Position numbers and translations under genes: made by a program
The notes under the pieces: model-generated
What the model saw: the letters and a program-made list of their open reading frames with translations, nothing else
What the model was told of the DNA's origin: nothing
The model's database searches: none
In this document: positions 1 to 8,685 of the stretch, one piece after another
How the letters are laid out: every line of letters starts with the position of its first letter
How positions within the stretch are numbered: the stretch's first letter is position 1
DNA from: a virus
Length of the DNA stretch: 64,000 nucleotides
Reading direction: 5' to 3' (one strand)
Virus record (IMG/VR): IMGVR_UViG_3300045256_000282
Coordinates: 32,001 to 96,000 of that record

Positions 1-1
1 G

Positions 2-1114
2 GTAGACCACATCCTTTCTGATGCGCATGATCAGGTTCAAACTGGTGGTGGAAGTCCCGAAGCTCAGAAACAAGATGAGCATTATCTTAGCCACGTTGTG
101 CTAGGCGATGCTGGAAACGGCGAAGAGGATGTTAGCCAAGAATCTGCTGATGAATACGACATGGCTCCAACCTCTAATTCTCCAGATGACCAAGAAATTA
201 CTCCTGAAGGCGCTGCTGCCGCACAAGAGATGGTAGATGACGCAGCAAATTCAGAAGGCTGCAATTGTCCTGCTTGCCAAGAGCGCCATGCTATGGAGGC
301 TCAGGGTCAGGGGCCGGAAGAAGAAGCAACTGAGGGTTGCGATTGTCCTGCTTGCCAAGAGCGTCATGCTATGGAGAGTGGTGCTGAAGAGCCTATGCCA
401 GAGATGGCTACTCAGAATGAAGAAGATCTTCCAGAACAAGACTCTATGCAGATGATTCCAGATGCTCAAGCTGAGGGTTCGGACCTTCCTCCTATGCAGA
501 TGCCAGAATCTCAAGAAGATCCTCAAAGCGCTATGGGAGAAATGGGCGAAGAAGATGCTATCGAGATTCCAGAGAACGAGTCTTTAGACGAGCAAAAAGA
601 TCCAGAAGAGATGGTTGCTGCCGCAGTAGGGCCTAATGAAGATCCTGAGCAAGAGGGCGCTGTTCCTGAAGAAAACATGTCAGAAGACGGCTTTCCAGGC
701 GCAATTCCTGGTGAAGGTGAAGAACCCGTAAATCAAGAAGATCTAGAAGAGATGCAAGATCCTTCAAACGAACAGATGCCTCCCCAACAAGACATGGGAG
801 CCATGGGTGAATCCCAGGAACAACCTGGGGACCTAGACCTATTGTCCGAACTTTTATCAGATGCAGGATCTACTGATGAGCTTAAACAAAGAATTGCAGC
901 TATACTTGAAAAGTTTAAAGCGAACAGGGATTCAATCATCTCGATGAAAGATCAGAACCCCGAGATGTACCAATCGATCATACTCATGCTTAAGCAGATG
1001 ATCGACATGGCGAGACATCTAGCCCCATCATCGCCAGAGGAAGATATGCCTCAAGATGAGCAGTCTGTTCCAGAGGAAGCTTCTCAGGAGGAAGCACCTC
1101 TCCCAAAACAGTAG
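2..1114 (+). CDS. Very acidic, low-complexity protein, 5'-truncated by the window edge; probably head-associated/scaffold-like; candidate -1 frameshift extension to 1314
   Basis: Frame is open from base 2 (VDHILSDAHDQ...) to TAG 1112-1114; E/D/Q/P/M-rich; lies directly upstream of neck/tail genes. Confidence 0.75.
   Translation, partial: VDHILSDAHDQVQTGGGSPEAQKQDEHYLSHVVLGDAGNGEEDVSQESADEYDMAPTSNSPDDQEITPEGAAAAQEMVDDAANSEGCNCPACQERHAMEAQGQGPEEEATEGCDCPACQERHAMESGAEEPMPEMATQNEEDLPEQDSMQMIPDAQAEGSDLPPMQMPESQEDPQSAMGEMGEEDAIEIPENESLDEQKDPEEMVAAAVGPNEDPEQEGAVPEENMSEDGFPGAIPGEGEEPVNQEDLEEMQDPSNEQMPPQQDMGAMGESQEQPGDLDLLSELLSDAGSTDELKQRIAAILEKFKANRDSIISMKDQNPEMYQSIILMLKQMIDMARHLAPSSPEEDMPQDEQSVPEEASQEEAPLPKQ
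254..376 (+). repeat. Two 45-nt direct repeats (254-298, 332-376) encoding EGCxCPACQERHAME
   Basis: 41/45 nt identical by direct comparison. Confidence 0.9.
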
Positions 1115-1162
1115 GGTCGGTAGAAAAAGGCGGGAAACTGCCGACCAAGCAAACAACTCGCC
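1102..1162 (+). other. Programmed -1 ribosomal frameshift signal: slippery heptamer plus H-type pseudoknot
   Basis: C CCA AAA at 1102-1108 in frame; 6-nt spacer; stem 1 GGUCGGUAG 1115-1123 / CUGCCGACC 1138-1146; stem 2 GGCGGG 1129-1134 / CUCGCC 1157-1162; -1 frame open to TAA 1312-1314. Confidence 0.7.
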
Positions 1163-1313
1163 ACGTAGCAAGAACTAGACAACCCGAAGGTGCTATTAAC
1201 CGTAAGGGTTTTGAAAAAGTCATCGATAACGAGACTGGCAAAACTAGATGGGTAGATCGTAAGAAGCCTGTTGCCCTTGACCTACAGGGCGATCCTACTC
1301 ACGAGAGATTCTA

Positions 1314-2066
1314 ATGAACCTTAAGTTTTTTGTTAACGCAGATGATATAGCCAACGAGATGAAGGCTTTTAAAGAAGAGGCTAAGCAGGCGATAGAAGAG
1401 TCTGTTAAGCAACTATCTGCGATGACGCACGCTAAGGTTGTTGAGCTTGCACAAGAAAAGTTAAAAAGTACACGCAAGATCTATACCGACAATTTGGATT
1501 ATCAAGAGCTTGTCCCAGGCTTGTGGGTTGTTAGTTTAGATCAGCCAGCGTTGTGGATCGAAGAAGGCCGTAAATCTGGGGACATGACACAAGACCTGCT
1601 CAAGACTGGCGCTCACATAGCTAAAGATGGAAGTCGATATAAGGCGATTCCTTTTGATCACGGTAAGCCTCCATCTCAGATGGACCCCTTCAGCAGAAAC
1701 TTGGTGGCAAAGATCAAGTCTGAGCTTAAGAAAGCAAACATACCCTTTAAGAAGCTTGAGCTTAACGCAGATGGAAGTCCGAGGATAGGTCGGCTTCATA
1801 CCATGAACATCTCTAGTCCTCACCCAAGCTCGAGGGCTAGTCATCCGGCACTTTCTGGTTTGACCATATATCAAACAAAAGGTGCAAATGGCAAGGTTCG
1901 TCGCGATATAATGACCTTTAGAATGGTAAGCGATAAACATAAAGGCTCTAAGTGGATTCATCCTGGAAGAGACGCCGAGGGCTTCTTTGAAAAAGCTTTA
2001 CAGTGGGCCGAAGATCAGTGGGAAAGAGAGATCCTACCTCAGATCATGGCGAGGTTTGACAAATGA
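1314..2066 (+). CDS. Putative neck / head-tail completion protein
   Basis: 250 aa; position upstream of sheath; W-I-E-E-G and WIHPG...FFEKA motifs reminiscent of phage neck/tail-completion proteins. Confidence 0.55.
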   Translation: MNLKFFVNADDIANEMKAFKEEAKQAIEESVKQLSAMTHAKVVELAQEKLKSTRKIYTDNLDYQELVPGLWVVSLDQPALWIEEGRKSGDMTQDLLKTGAHIAKDGSRYKAIPFDHGKPPSQMDPFSRNLVAKIKSELKKANIPFKKLELNADGSPRIGRLHTMNISSPHPSSRASHPALSGLTIYQTKGANGKVRRDIMTFRMVSDKHKGSKWIHPGRDAEGFFEKALQWAEDQWEREILPQIMARFDK

Positions 2067-3052
2067 TATTTGCTGGCGATGTCATCATCAAAGCGGCTAT
2101 AGAGCAAGGTCTTGAAGACATGCGAAAAAACGTGTGGCTTTTAGATGACGTTCTTTCTCAGTTTGTAAAAGAAGAGTCTTTAAAGAACAAGTATGGCCAA
2201 AAAGAGATTGATGCCGCCAAAGAATGGTTCTTGAACAACAACATTTCTGTCTATCTGCAACATCGTATTGATAAGGACCAGCTTCCTGCCGTCATCATTG
2301 GTCTTGGATACTCGAATGAGTTAGATGAGATGAAGCATATGGGAGACCTATCTACCGAGGTAGAAACCCTGATGCCCTCTCAGATCGGAAAACCAATACC
2401 CTACGTCGTTAAGCCCTTCACCCCTACTTCGTACGACGATTCTGAAGGTACCGTAGGATTTCCAAAAGAACTAAATATCCAGCCAATCGCTCCTGGCATG
2501 ATTCTTGTCGATCCAGATACAGGGAATGGCTATGAGATTAAGGCCATACTGCCTGGAAGAAAGATCCAGATCGAGCCTAACTTAGACTTAGATTCTACTA
2601 GGTTGGCTGTTGTTCCTAAATATCAGTTTTATAGGGTTAGAAGAGAACACAGCTTTTTTGCTGAAAGTTACACGATCGGTTGCCACGTCCATGGGGATGT
2701 TGCCCCCCTTCTTTGGCTCCATGCGATAGTGGCATACATTCTTCTACGTTATCGAGAAAGCCTACTTGAAGGCAGATGCTTTAGCCAAAGCAAGATCTCA
2801 AGCTCCGACCTTATGCCAAACCAGGATATGAACGTCCCTGGAGGGGAAAACGTGTATTCAAGGTATATAACCCTTACGGGTCAGGTGGAGAACTCGTGGT
2901 TAAAAACCCCTAAAAGGGTTATCGAGTCTGCGATTTTGGAAAATGAGCCGGACAAAGAAGAGGGTTTTAAGGGTGGAATCAAGATCATAAGCCAACAAGC
3001 CCCTGATTTTTTAGACTCTGAAGAAGAGCCCTGGACCACAATCGATGAGTAA
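2063..3052 (+). CDS. Putative virion structural protein (tail terminator/completion-like)
   Basis: 329 aa, ATGA-coupled to upstream gene, in structural operon. Confidence 0.5.
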   Translation: MIFAGDVIIKAAIEQGLEDMRKNVWLLDDVLSQFVKEESLKNKYGQKEIDAAKEWFLNNNISVYLQHRIDKDQLPAVIIGLGYSNELDEMKHMGDLSTEVETLMPSQIGKPIPYVVKPFTPTSYDDSEGTVGFPKELNIQPIAPGMILVDPDTGNGYEIKAILPGRKIQIEPNLDLDSTRLAVVPKYQFYRVRREHSFFAESYTIGCHVHGDVAPLLWLHAIVAYILLRYRESLLEGRCFSQSKISSSDLMPNQDMNVPGGENVYSRYITLTGQVENSWLKTPKRVIESAILENEPDKEEGFKGGIKIISQQAPDFLDSEEEPWTTIDE

Positions 3053-3057
3053 GAGGT

Positions 3058-3064
3058 AATCTTT
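3058..3064 (+). promoter_or_regulatory. AATCTTT putative late promoter element
   Basis: Same motif recurs upstream of many structural genes. Confidence 0.55.
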
Positions 3065-3069
3065 AGCAT

Positions 3070-3462
3070 ATGACCGTCAAGGATAATTTAAAGAAAGCGT
3101 TACATAAGGCTATCTTAAAGGCTTACCAAAATGGTAAGAAGTCTAAGGTCGTAGCCGACGTTATACACGATATAAGAGATCCTAACAACGTTCCTCAGGT
3201 ACCCGCTAAAGATCTTCCGGCTCCTGCTGAGGGCGTTTTAAACAAAGACATATCTCTATCAGAAATTCATCAACAAAAACAAGCTAATGCCATGGCTAAG
3301 CTAGGCCAGGCCCCAAAGGCACCAAGTCAATCTGGCGCGTTTAAGCAGGCCTCTATGGGCGCAAGTCCTAAGATGCCTAAAAGTTCAAAGCCTTTACAAT
3401 CCTTCATGCAAAAAAAGGAAGAAAAAAGGAACCTTAGCAAGAAATCAGCGAAAGGTATATAA
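3070..3462 (+). CDS. Lys-rich small protein, possible internal head protein
   Basis: 130 aa, basic, preceded by AATCTTT. Confidence 0.6.
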   Translation: MTVKDNLKKALHKAILKAYQNGKKSKVVADVIHDIRDPNNVPQVPAKDLPAPAEGVLNKDISLSEIHQQKQANAMAKLGQAPKAPSQSGAFKQASMGASPKMPKSSKPLQSFMQKKEEKRNLSKKSAKGI

Positions 3463-3496
3463 CTTATTGATTTTTAAAGGCTTTTTTTGAGCCCAG

Positions 3497-3503
3497 AATC
3501 TTT
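3497..3503 (+). promoter_or_regulatory. AATCTTT putative late promoter element
   Basis: Followed by AGGAGAG RBS and GTG 3525. Confidence 0.55.
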
Positions 3504-3524
3504 ATTAGGTTAGGAGAGTACAAC

Positions 3525-3809
3525 GTGAGCAAAAAAGAGTATACCGCAAAAGAAGCTGCCGTCGCCCTTCTTGACAAGATCAAGGCAAAGGCGCAGGTAC
3601 GAATGGCAAAGTCTGAGCCTGTAAAAGGCGAGAGTTTACAAAAAGCAAGCCCTGAGAACCAAAACATGGCCCAGGTTGCTGATATTAAAGCCCCACAGGC
3701 GGAAGCTCCTAAGGCTAACGAGAAGATGATTCCGAAGCAAAAAGAGCTTAAGCTTAAAAAGTTTATGGAACATATGACGGCTAAACGGAGCAAAAAACAT
3801 GGGTCGTAA
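3525..3809 (+). CDS. Lys-rich small protein, possible internal head protein
   Basis: 94 aa, good RBS, C-terminal L..FM....KR..KK similar to ORF 3070. Confidence 0.65.
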   Translation: MSKKEYTAKEAAVALLDKIKAKAQVRMAKSEPVKGESLQKASPENQNMAQVADIKAPQAEAPKANEKMIPKQKELKLKKFMEHMTAKRSKKHGS

Positions 3810-4071
3810 GCGTAATCCAGAAAATAAAACTCGAGTGGAAGACATTCGAGAAAAGCTGGAGCAGAGCAAGCAAAACTATGCTGCTCCTCAGATCAGTTCT
3901 AACGAGCTGACTGCCCGTGACGCGTTCTCAGAGTTTTGGTCTCGTGTACGCAAAGAATATAATCGTCCTCGTGAATTGGAACCAATCATTTGGGCGCATT
4001 TGAAATCATCGGGTCATGATCAACCTCAGTTATTTGAGGAAGGTTTGACTCATTTTGGTCTAAAGAAGTAA
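3799..4071 (+). CDS. Hypothetical pre-sheath protein
   Basis: 90 aa, GGAG RBS, immediately upstream of sheath. Confidence 0.65.
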   Translation: MGRKRNPENKTRVEDIREKLEQSKQNYAAPQISSNELTARDAFSEFWSRVRKEYNRPRELEPIIWAHLKSSGHDQPQLFEEGLTHFGLKK

Positions 4072-4085
4072 GGGAGTAGGAAAAA

Positions 4086-6239
4086 ATGGCACAACGACTA
4101 ACTACCTCGTTTATCAACACGGTAATTCCTGGAGCTTATCCGAATGTTTCGGTTAAGTCTGTACCAGTAGGCGTAGCAAGCACTGGGGTAATCGCGATCA
4201 TCGGCGAAGCAGCCGGTGGAGCTGATTTCTCAAGCGAAGATATCAAGAACAACTTTTTTACTCCCGATCAAGCTGATCGCGTAGCTGCTAAGTATGTTTC
4301 TGGACCTATCGTCGATGCTATGCGAGCCCTCGCAGCACCGTCTGCGGACGCAAACATTGCTGGATCTGCAACCCGTATCTTTATCGTCAAAACAAACGCT
4401 GGCGACAAGGCTTCGGCGATTGTTGATACAGATTTTGGATCTCTTTCTGCTAAGAACTTTGGTATCGGTGGAAACCAGATCAAGTACAAGATCGTAGCTA
4501 GCCAGCTTGAAGATACTCCTGAAACGACCTCTTCGGTTGCCATCCCTGCTTTCGGGGCTGCGCTGGATGGCTTGAGCTTCTCGATCAGATTAAACGGTGG
4601 AGCTGTCAGTGTTGTAACTTTAAGCAACACCCCTGCTAACCACTCTAACATCGCGACTCTTGTCACTGAACTGGCTGGACTCCTTCCTTCTGGAATCTCA
4701 GCGAGTGCTGGTACTGCGGCAAATACACTTAAGTTAAAAATCGACACGGACAGCGCTAACTATCGCAAAGGCTGGGGAAAAAGCTTTGAGCTTATCGACT
4801 CTACGCCTGGCGATTTAGATCTGGTTAAACTTGCTCCTGGCTTGTTTAGCAGTGCTTCTGAGTCTGCTGTTGAGATTAACGTAGTTCGTCAAGATGCTGG
4901 ATTAAACGAAACTCTTGAAGCAAAGGGTGAAGTTGCCCTCCAAGTGGGTTATTTGGGCACTACAGCTACCCTGACTATTGCTGGAAGCACGCTTTCAACG
5001 GTGGTTACTGGTGGAGCTGGCGCAGCTCTGAGCGTAGACCTAAGCTCTTTCAGTACGGTTGCAGATCTTGCAGCTTTCATCGCAAGCAAGCCAGGCTACT
5101 CGGCATCTGCCTCAGCTTTGGCTCAGCAGATGAAACCTGCTGACCTTGATAGGGTTTCGGCTATTGGTATCTGCTCTAGCGGAGCTGGACTCAAGGCTGG
5201 ACGAGTTAAAAAATCTCTTGCAAACGTTAAAGCCGCCATCGCAACAAGCGCTGCTGTTGACCTAGAGCCAACCGCTACGGCTGGTCTTCCTTCTCCGATT
5301 TCAAGCTTCAGCTTCTTGTCGGGTGGAGCAAAAGGTAGTACTAGCGGTGCAGATATCGTAGACGCCTTAGGTAAGCTTGAAGCTGTTGTGGTGAACTTCA
5401 TTGTTCCTCTTTTCAGCCAAGACGCTTCTGACGATATTGCTGAAGGTTTGACCGACTCAGCTTCTACTTATACGATCGACGCAATTCACGCTGCTGTTAA
5501 ATCGCATGTATTGAAGATGAGCGTTCCTAGCTTGAAGCGCTACCGTTTGGCAGTACTTTCTTACTTCGGTTCTTATGCAAACGCTAAGACCAAGGCTCAA
5601 ACTCTGGCTAATTATCGATGCAGCATGACTTTCCAAAAAGTCAGCGAAGTTGATAGTCAAGGGTCTGTTGTTGAGTTTCAACCTTGGATGGGAGCTTGTT
5701 TGGCTGCAGGAATGCAGGCTGCTGGTTTCTACAAAGGAATCACTAACAAGTTTGCAAACTTGATCAGCTTTAAAGATCCTAGCGGATTTGACAGCGGAAG
5801 TCCTGGTGACGTGGAAGACGCGTTACTTGCTGGCTTACTCATCCTTCAGCGCGAAACGGCTGGAAGTAAATGGGTATCTGACCAAACGACGTATGGTTTT
5901 GATACTAACTTCGTTTACAACAGTTTGCAGGCAACATACCTTGCAGATATCGTAGCGGCTGACTTGGCAGATTCGTTGCAAAGAGCTTTCGTTGGTCAAT
6001 CATTGGCTGACGTCGACGCTGCAACGGCTTTGGCTTTTATCGCTACTAAGATGGAAGAGTATCGTCGAATCAAAGCTATTACTGGCGATGATGAGGCACC
6101 TCTTGGATACCGTAACGCTAAGGTCAAGATTTCTGGACCAACCATGTCGGTTGCTATTGAAATTAAGCTAAGCACAACGATCTACTTCATCCCGATCGAA
6201 CTGACGATCTCTCAAGTTCAGTCATCGGCTAGTCAGTAA
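4086..6239 (+). CDS. Contractile tail sheath protein
   Basis: 717 aa; N-terminal PGAY and AIIGEAAGG motifs, LSGG...G and C-terminal sheath-like domain; followed by tube gene. Confidence 0.9.
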   Translation: MAQRLTTSFINTVIPGAYPNVSVKSVPVGVASTGVIAIIGEAAGGADFSSEDIKNNFFTPDQADRVAAKYVSGPIVDAMRALAAPSADANIAGSATRIFIVKTNAGDKASAIVDTDFGSLSAKNFGIGGNQIKYKIVASQLEDTPETTSSVAIPAFGAALDGLSFSIRLNGGAVSVVTLSNTPANHSNIATLVTELAGLLPSGISASAGTAANTLKLKIDTDSANYRKGWGKSFELIDSTPGDLDLVKLAPGLFSSASESAVEINVVRQDAGLNETLEAKGEVALQVGYLGTTATLTIAGSTLSTVVTGGAGAALSVDLSSFSTVADLAAFIASKPGYSASASALAQQMKPADLDRVSAIGICSSGAGLKAGRVKKSLANVKAAIATSAAVDLEPTATAGLPSPISSFSFLSGGAKGSTSGADIVDALGKLEAVVVNFIVPLFSQDASDDIAEGLTDSASTYTIDAIHAAVKSHVLKMSVPSLKRYRLAVLSYFGSYANAKTKAQTLANYRCSMTFQKVSEVDSQGSVVEFQPWMGACLAAGMQAAGFYKGITNKFANLISFKDPSGFDSGSPGDVEDALLAGLLILQRETAGSKWVSDQTTYGFDTNFVYNSLQATYLADIVAADLADSLQRAFVGQSLADVDAATALAFIATKMEEYRRIKAITGDDEAPLGYRNAKVKISGPTMSVAIEIKLSTTIYFIPIELTISQVQSSASQ

Positions 6240-6261
6240 TAGGGAGTAAAGGAGAAATAAG

Positions 6262-6711
6262 ATGTCAACCAAGGTAATGACTGGCGGCAGGGCCGTCGTA
6301 AGCGTAGATAATCAGGTTGTCGGGATCTTTGAATCTTGCACCTACGGAGCAAACGTGAGTGTGGAGCCTATCCACATTCTCGGTCGCTACGGACCTGCTG
6401 AGATTACTCAGACGGCATACGAGGCTGTTGCGATCAACTGCAACGGTTTCCGTACGATCGGAAACGGAGCACACGTTCTTCCTAAGTTCCCTAAGCTTCA
6501 AGATCTCTTGAACCTGGGAGCGGTTACGATTTCTATCCGTGACCGTCAAACAGGGGAGCTTATCATGACAGCTATTGGATGCGTTCCAACCTCATACAAT
6601 ACTGGTGTTAATGCTCGTCAAACAAGCCGTGTTTCTGTGACTTATACTGGCCTTAAGGTTACCGATGAGTCGGGCGACCAAGAAGAGTCAGGGGCAACTT
6701 CGCTTCCCTAA
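6262..6711 (+). CDS. Tail tube protein
   Basis: 149 aa directly after sheath, strong RBS, TG.RA...VG...EPIHILG..GPAEI tube-like pattern. Confidence 0.85.
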   Translation: MSTKVMTGGRAVVSVDNQVVGIFESCTYGANVSVEPIHILGRYGPAEITQTAYEAVAINCNGFRTIGNGAHVLPKFPKLQDLLNLGAVTISIRDRQTGELIMTAIGCVPTSYNTGVNARQTSRVSVTYTGLKVTDESGDQEESGATSLP

Positions 6712-6742
6712 GTTCTTAGATATTACATCGATAGTGGGAAGC

Positions 6743-6775
6743 AGGGGCGGCCTAAAAAGCCGCCCCTTTTCTTTT
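6743..6775 (+). terminator. Intrinsic terminator after tail tube gene
   Basis: AGGGGCGGC-ctaaaaa-GCCGCCCCT followed by TTTCTTTT. Confidence 0.9.
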
Positions 6776-6785
6776 CAAGCGACCT

Positions 6786-6792
6786 AATCTTT
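6786..6792 (+). promoter_or_regulatory. AATCTTT putative late promoter element
   Basis: Immediately after terminator, upstream of 6855 operon. Confidence 0.55.
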
Positions 6793-6854
6793 AACTATGT
6801 AGAGTTATATCTGCATACTTAGAACGGTTTAAGTATTAGGAATGGTTAGGGAAT

Positions 6855-7448
6855 ATGTTTATTGAGAAGAAGCTCAAACAGGTGCTTCCTCGTCCTCTTA
6901 TCGCGGACGGAAGCAAGTACGGTTTAGTTCGGGTGGCAGACATCCGAGGCTTCTATGTTAAACAAAAGATCACTCTAGTCTCTCCTGTAGCTCCCCCAGT
7001 TGAGCTTGAAGTCAAAAGATTTGAATCCCTAACATCCTTCTACGTAGGTCCCCTGCCAGCAAACGGCGGTAAGATAGGTGACCGTTCTGACATCACAGCA
7101 TACAAGGTAGCAGACGGCGCTGTTATAGCGGCTGGCGAACAAGACCGCCCAGGGATCAAGCCAGACGAGCATGAGCGAGCTGTTTACATGGAGGAGCCGA
7201 TAGTCGCCAAGCGCGTTATATCGGTTGATGAGTATGGCTCCGTTTACGGTAAAGATAATCCTATCCCTGTAGCCGTCACCGATACGGCAGGGTTTGCCCC
7301 ATCTGATTTTGATGAGGTTACCATAACAAGAGATGTGGAAGAATACCCCACATCGTACAACTTTTTTAAGAATTCCTCTCCTGTTGGTGTAATAGCCGTT
7401 ACATACAACCAAGAGAAGTCTGCAATCAAATATAAGAGGACGTCATGA
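6855..7448 (+). CDS. Putative virion structural protein
   Basis: 197 aa in fibre operon. Confidence 0.6.
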   Translation: MFIEKKLKQVLPRPLIADGSKYGLVRVADIRGFYVKQKITLVSPVAPPVELEVKRFESLTSFYVGPLPANGGKIGDRSDITAYKVADGAVIAAGEQDRPGIKPDEHERAVYMEEPIVAKRVISVDEYGSVYGKDNPIPVAVTDTAGFAPSDFDEVTITRDVEEYPTSYNFFKNSSPVGVIAVTYNQEKSAIKYKRTS

Positions 7449-7657
7449 GTAGCCCTAAAGATAGAGAAGAGCTAGTCTTAAATCCTATTACGGGTAAGCT
7501 TGATGTAGTTAGGATCTTTAATCCTGATAGAATAGTTACAGCAGAAAGAAATTCTGCTGGCCATAGGTTTCAAACCTGGGATGCTGCCTCTGGGACCTTC
7601 ATTGACGACGCTCCGGTCGTAGTCATTGACAATAACGGCAACGTGGTAACCACCTGA
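7445..7657 (+). CDS. Small structural protein (LNPITGKLD fibre-associated motif)
   Basis: 70 aa, translationally coupled on both sides. Confidence 0.55.
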   Translation: MSSPKDREELVLNPITGKLDVVRIFNPDRIVTAERNSAGHRFQTWDAASGTFIDDAPVVVIDNNGNVVTT

Positions 7658-8619
7658 TGTTTCACTCAAGATTAAAAGGTAGAGACCTACACAGCCCATC
7701 TAACGAGATCGTTGAAAACCAAACAGGTGTCACGATACCGGCCCTGCGGGTTATTCGCCTGCTATCTCAGGGAACTGTATACCCCCAAGTAACTCTTGCA
7801 AACCCTAGTTTATATGTAAATTTTGCAGTTACTTACGACGCAATTCCTAACGGTAAGAGCGGACAAGCCTGCGCTTTTGGATTCATGGTTGGAGTGGATA
7901 CCTCCGTTTGGCCAGTGGGAACCATCCTGTATAGCGATAACTCTGGAAACCTAACAACCGTAGCCAATGGCGGAATAGTAGCCTTAGTAATAAAACAAGA
8001 CCCTGAAGATGGGGTTATGTACGTTACCACGGAATCTAATGGTAGTGGTGGTTCAAGTAATGCTTGGAGATTGACCGGCAATATTAGCACGAATGAGAAT
8101 ACCAACTTTCTTGGGACTACGGACAATCAAGACCTAAGATTTAAGACAAATAACCAATTAAACTTAAACCTTACCAAACAGGGTAGACTCGGTTTAGGGC
8201 CAAATCTTACAACTCCAGACTCTCATTTTCATCAAAAAAGCCATACCGGGTACTCTAAAAGCGGTTTAAGACAAGAAACTTTTGCTTTAACTACTAACTC
8301 AAACAGTTTTGAACAAGCTTGTGCTGTAAACCTACCAAACCCATCGGTTGTAAGGATTGAATACGTAGTCGTAGGAAGATCTGCCGATGGAACTAAAAGG
8401 TGTATGTTTAAGAGAACAGGCCTATTTTACAGGGAGCTTGGGAACGTAGAAAACGAAGGAATATGGCTATCAGACCAAACTATCAAAAGCGATAACAATC
8501 TTGATGTAGGGTATGCAAAAACTGTGTCAGATGTGATATTGACGGTAAAGGGGGCTTCTTCAGACCCTATGTACTGGACGGGTCACGTTATGATTGAGGT
8601 ATTGGTAGATAATACTTAA
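7657..8619 (+). CDS. Tail/head fibre-like protein
   Basis: W.LTGN...NFLGTTDNQDLRFKTNN and GRLGLG...P fibre motifs. Confidence 0.7.
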   Translation: MFHSRLKGRDLHSPSNEIVENQTGVTIPALRVIRLLSQGTVYPQVTLANPSLYVNFAVTYDAIPNGKSGQACAFGFMVGVDTSVWPVGTILYSDNSGNLTTVANGGIVALVIKQDPEDGVMYVTTESNGSGGSSNAWRLTGNISTNENTNFLGTTDNQDLRFKTNNQLNLNLTKQGRLGLGPNLTTPDSHFHQKSHTGYSKSGLRQETFALTTNSNSFEQACAVNLPNPSVVRIEYVVVGRSADGTKRCMFKRTGLFYRELGNVENEGIWLSDQTIKSDNNLDVGYAKTVSDVILTVKGASSDPMYWTGHVMIEVLVDNT

Positions 8620-8653
8620 ATACATGATTTTAAAAGAGTTTTTTATAAAAAGT

Positions 8654-8660
8654 AATCTTT
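8654..8660 (+). promoter_or_regulatory. AATCTTT putative late promoter element
   Basis: Upstream of AGGAGAG RBS of fibre gene 8686. Confidence 0.55.
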
Positions 8661-8685
8661 AAAAGACTTAGGAGAGAACAAACCA

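Noticed and set aside
1112-1322. TAG readthrough / alternative genetic code (zero frame after 1114 has only TAG stops for about 70 codons)
   Set aside because: Long genes contain no internal TAG and several genes end cleanly in TAG; the -1 frame fits better (TAATG coupling, pseudoknot)
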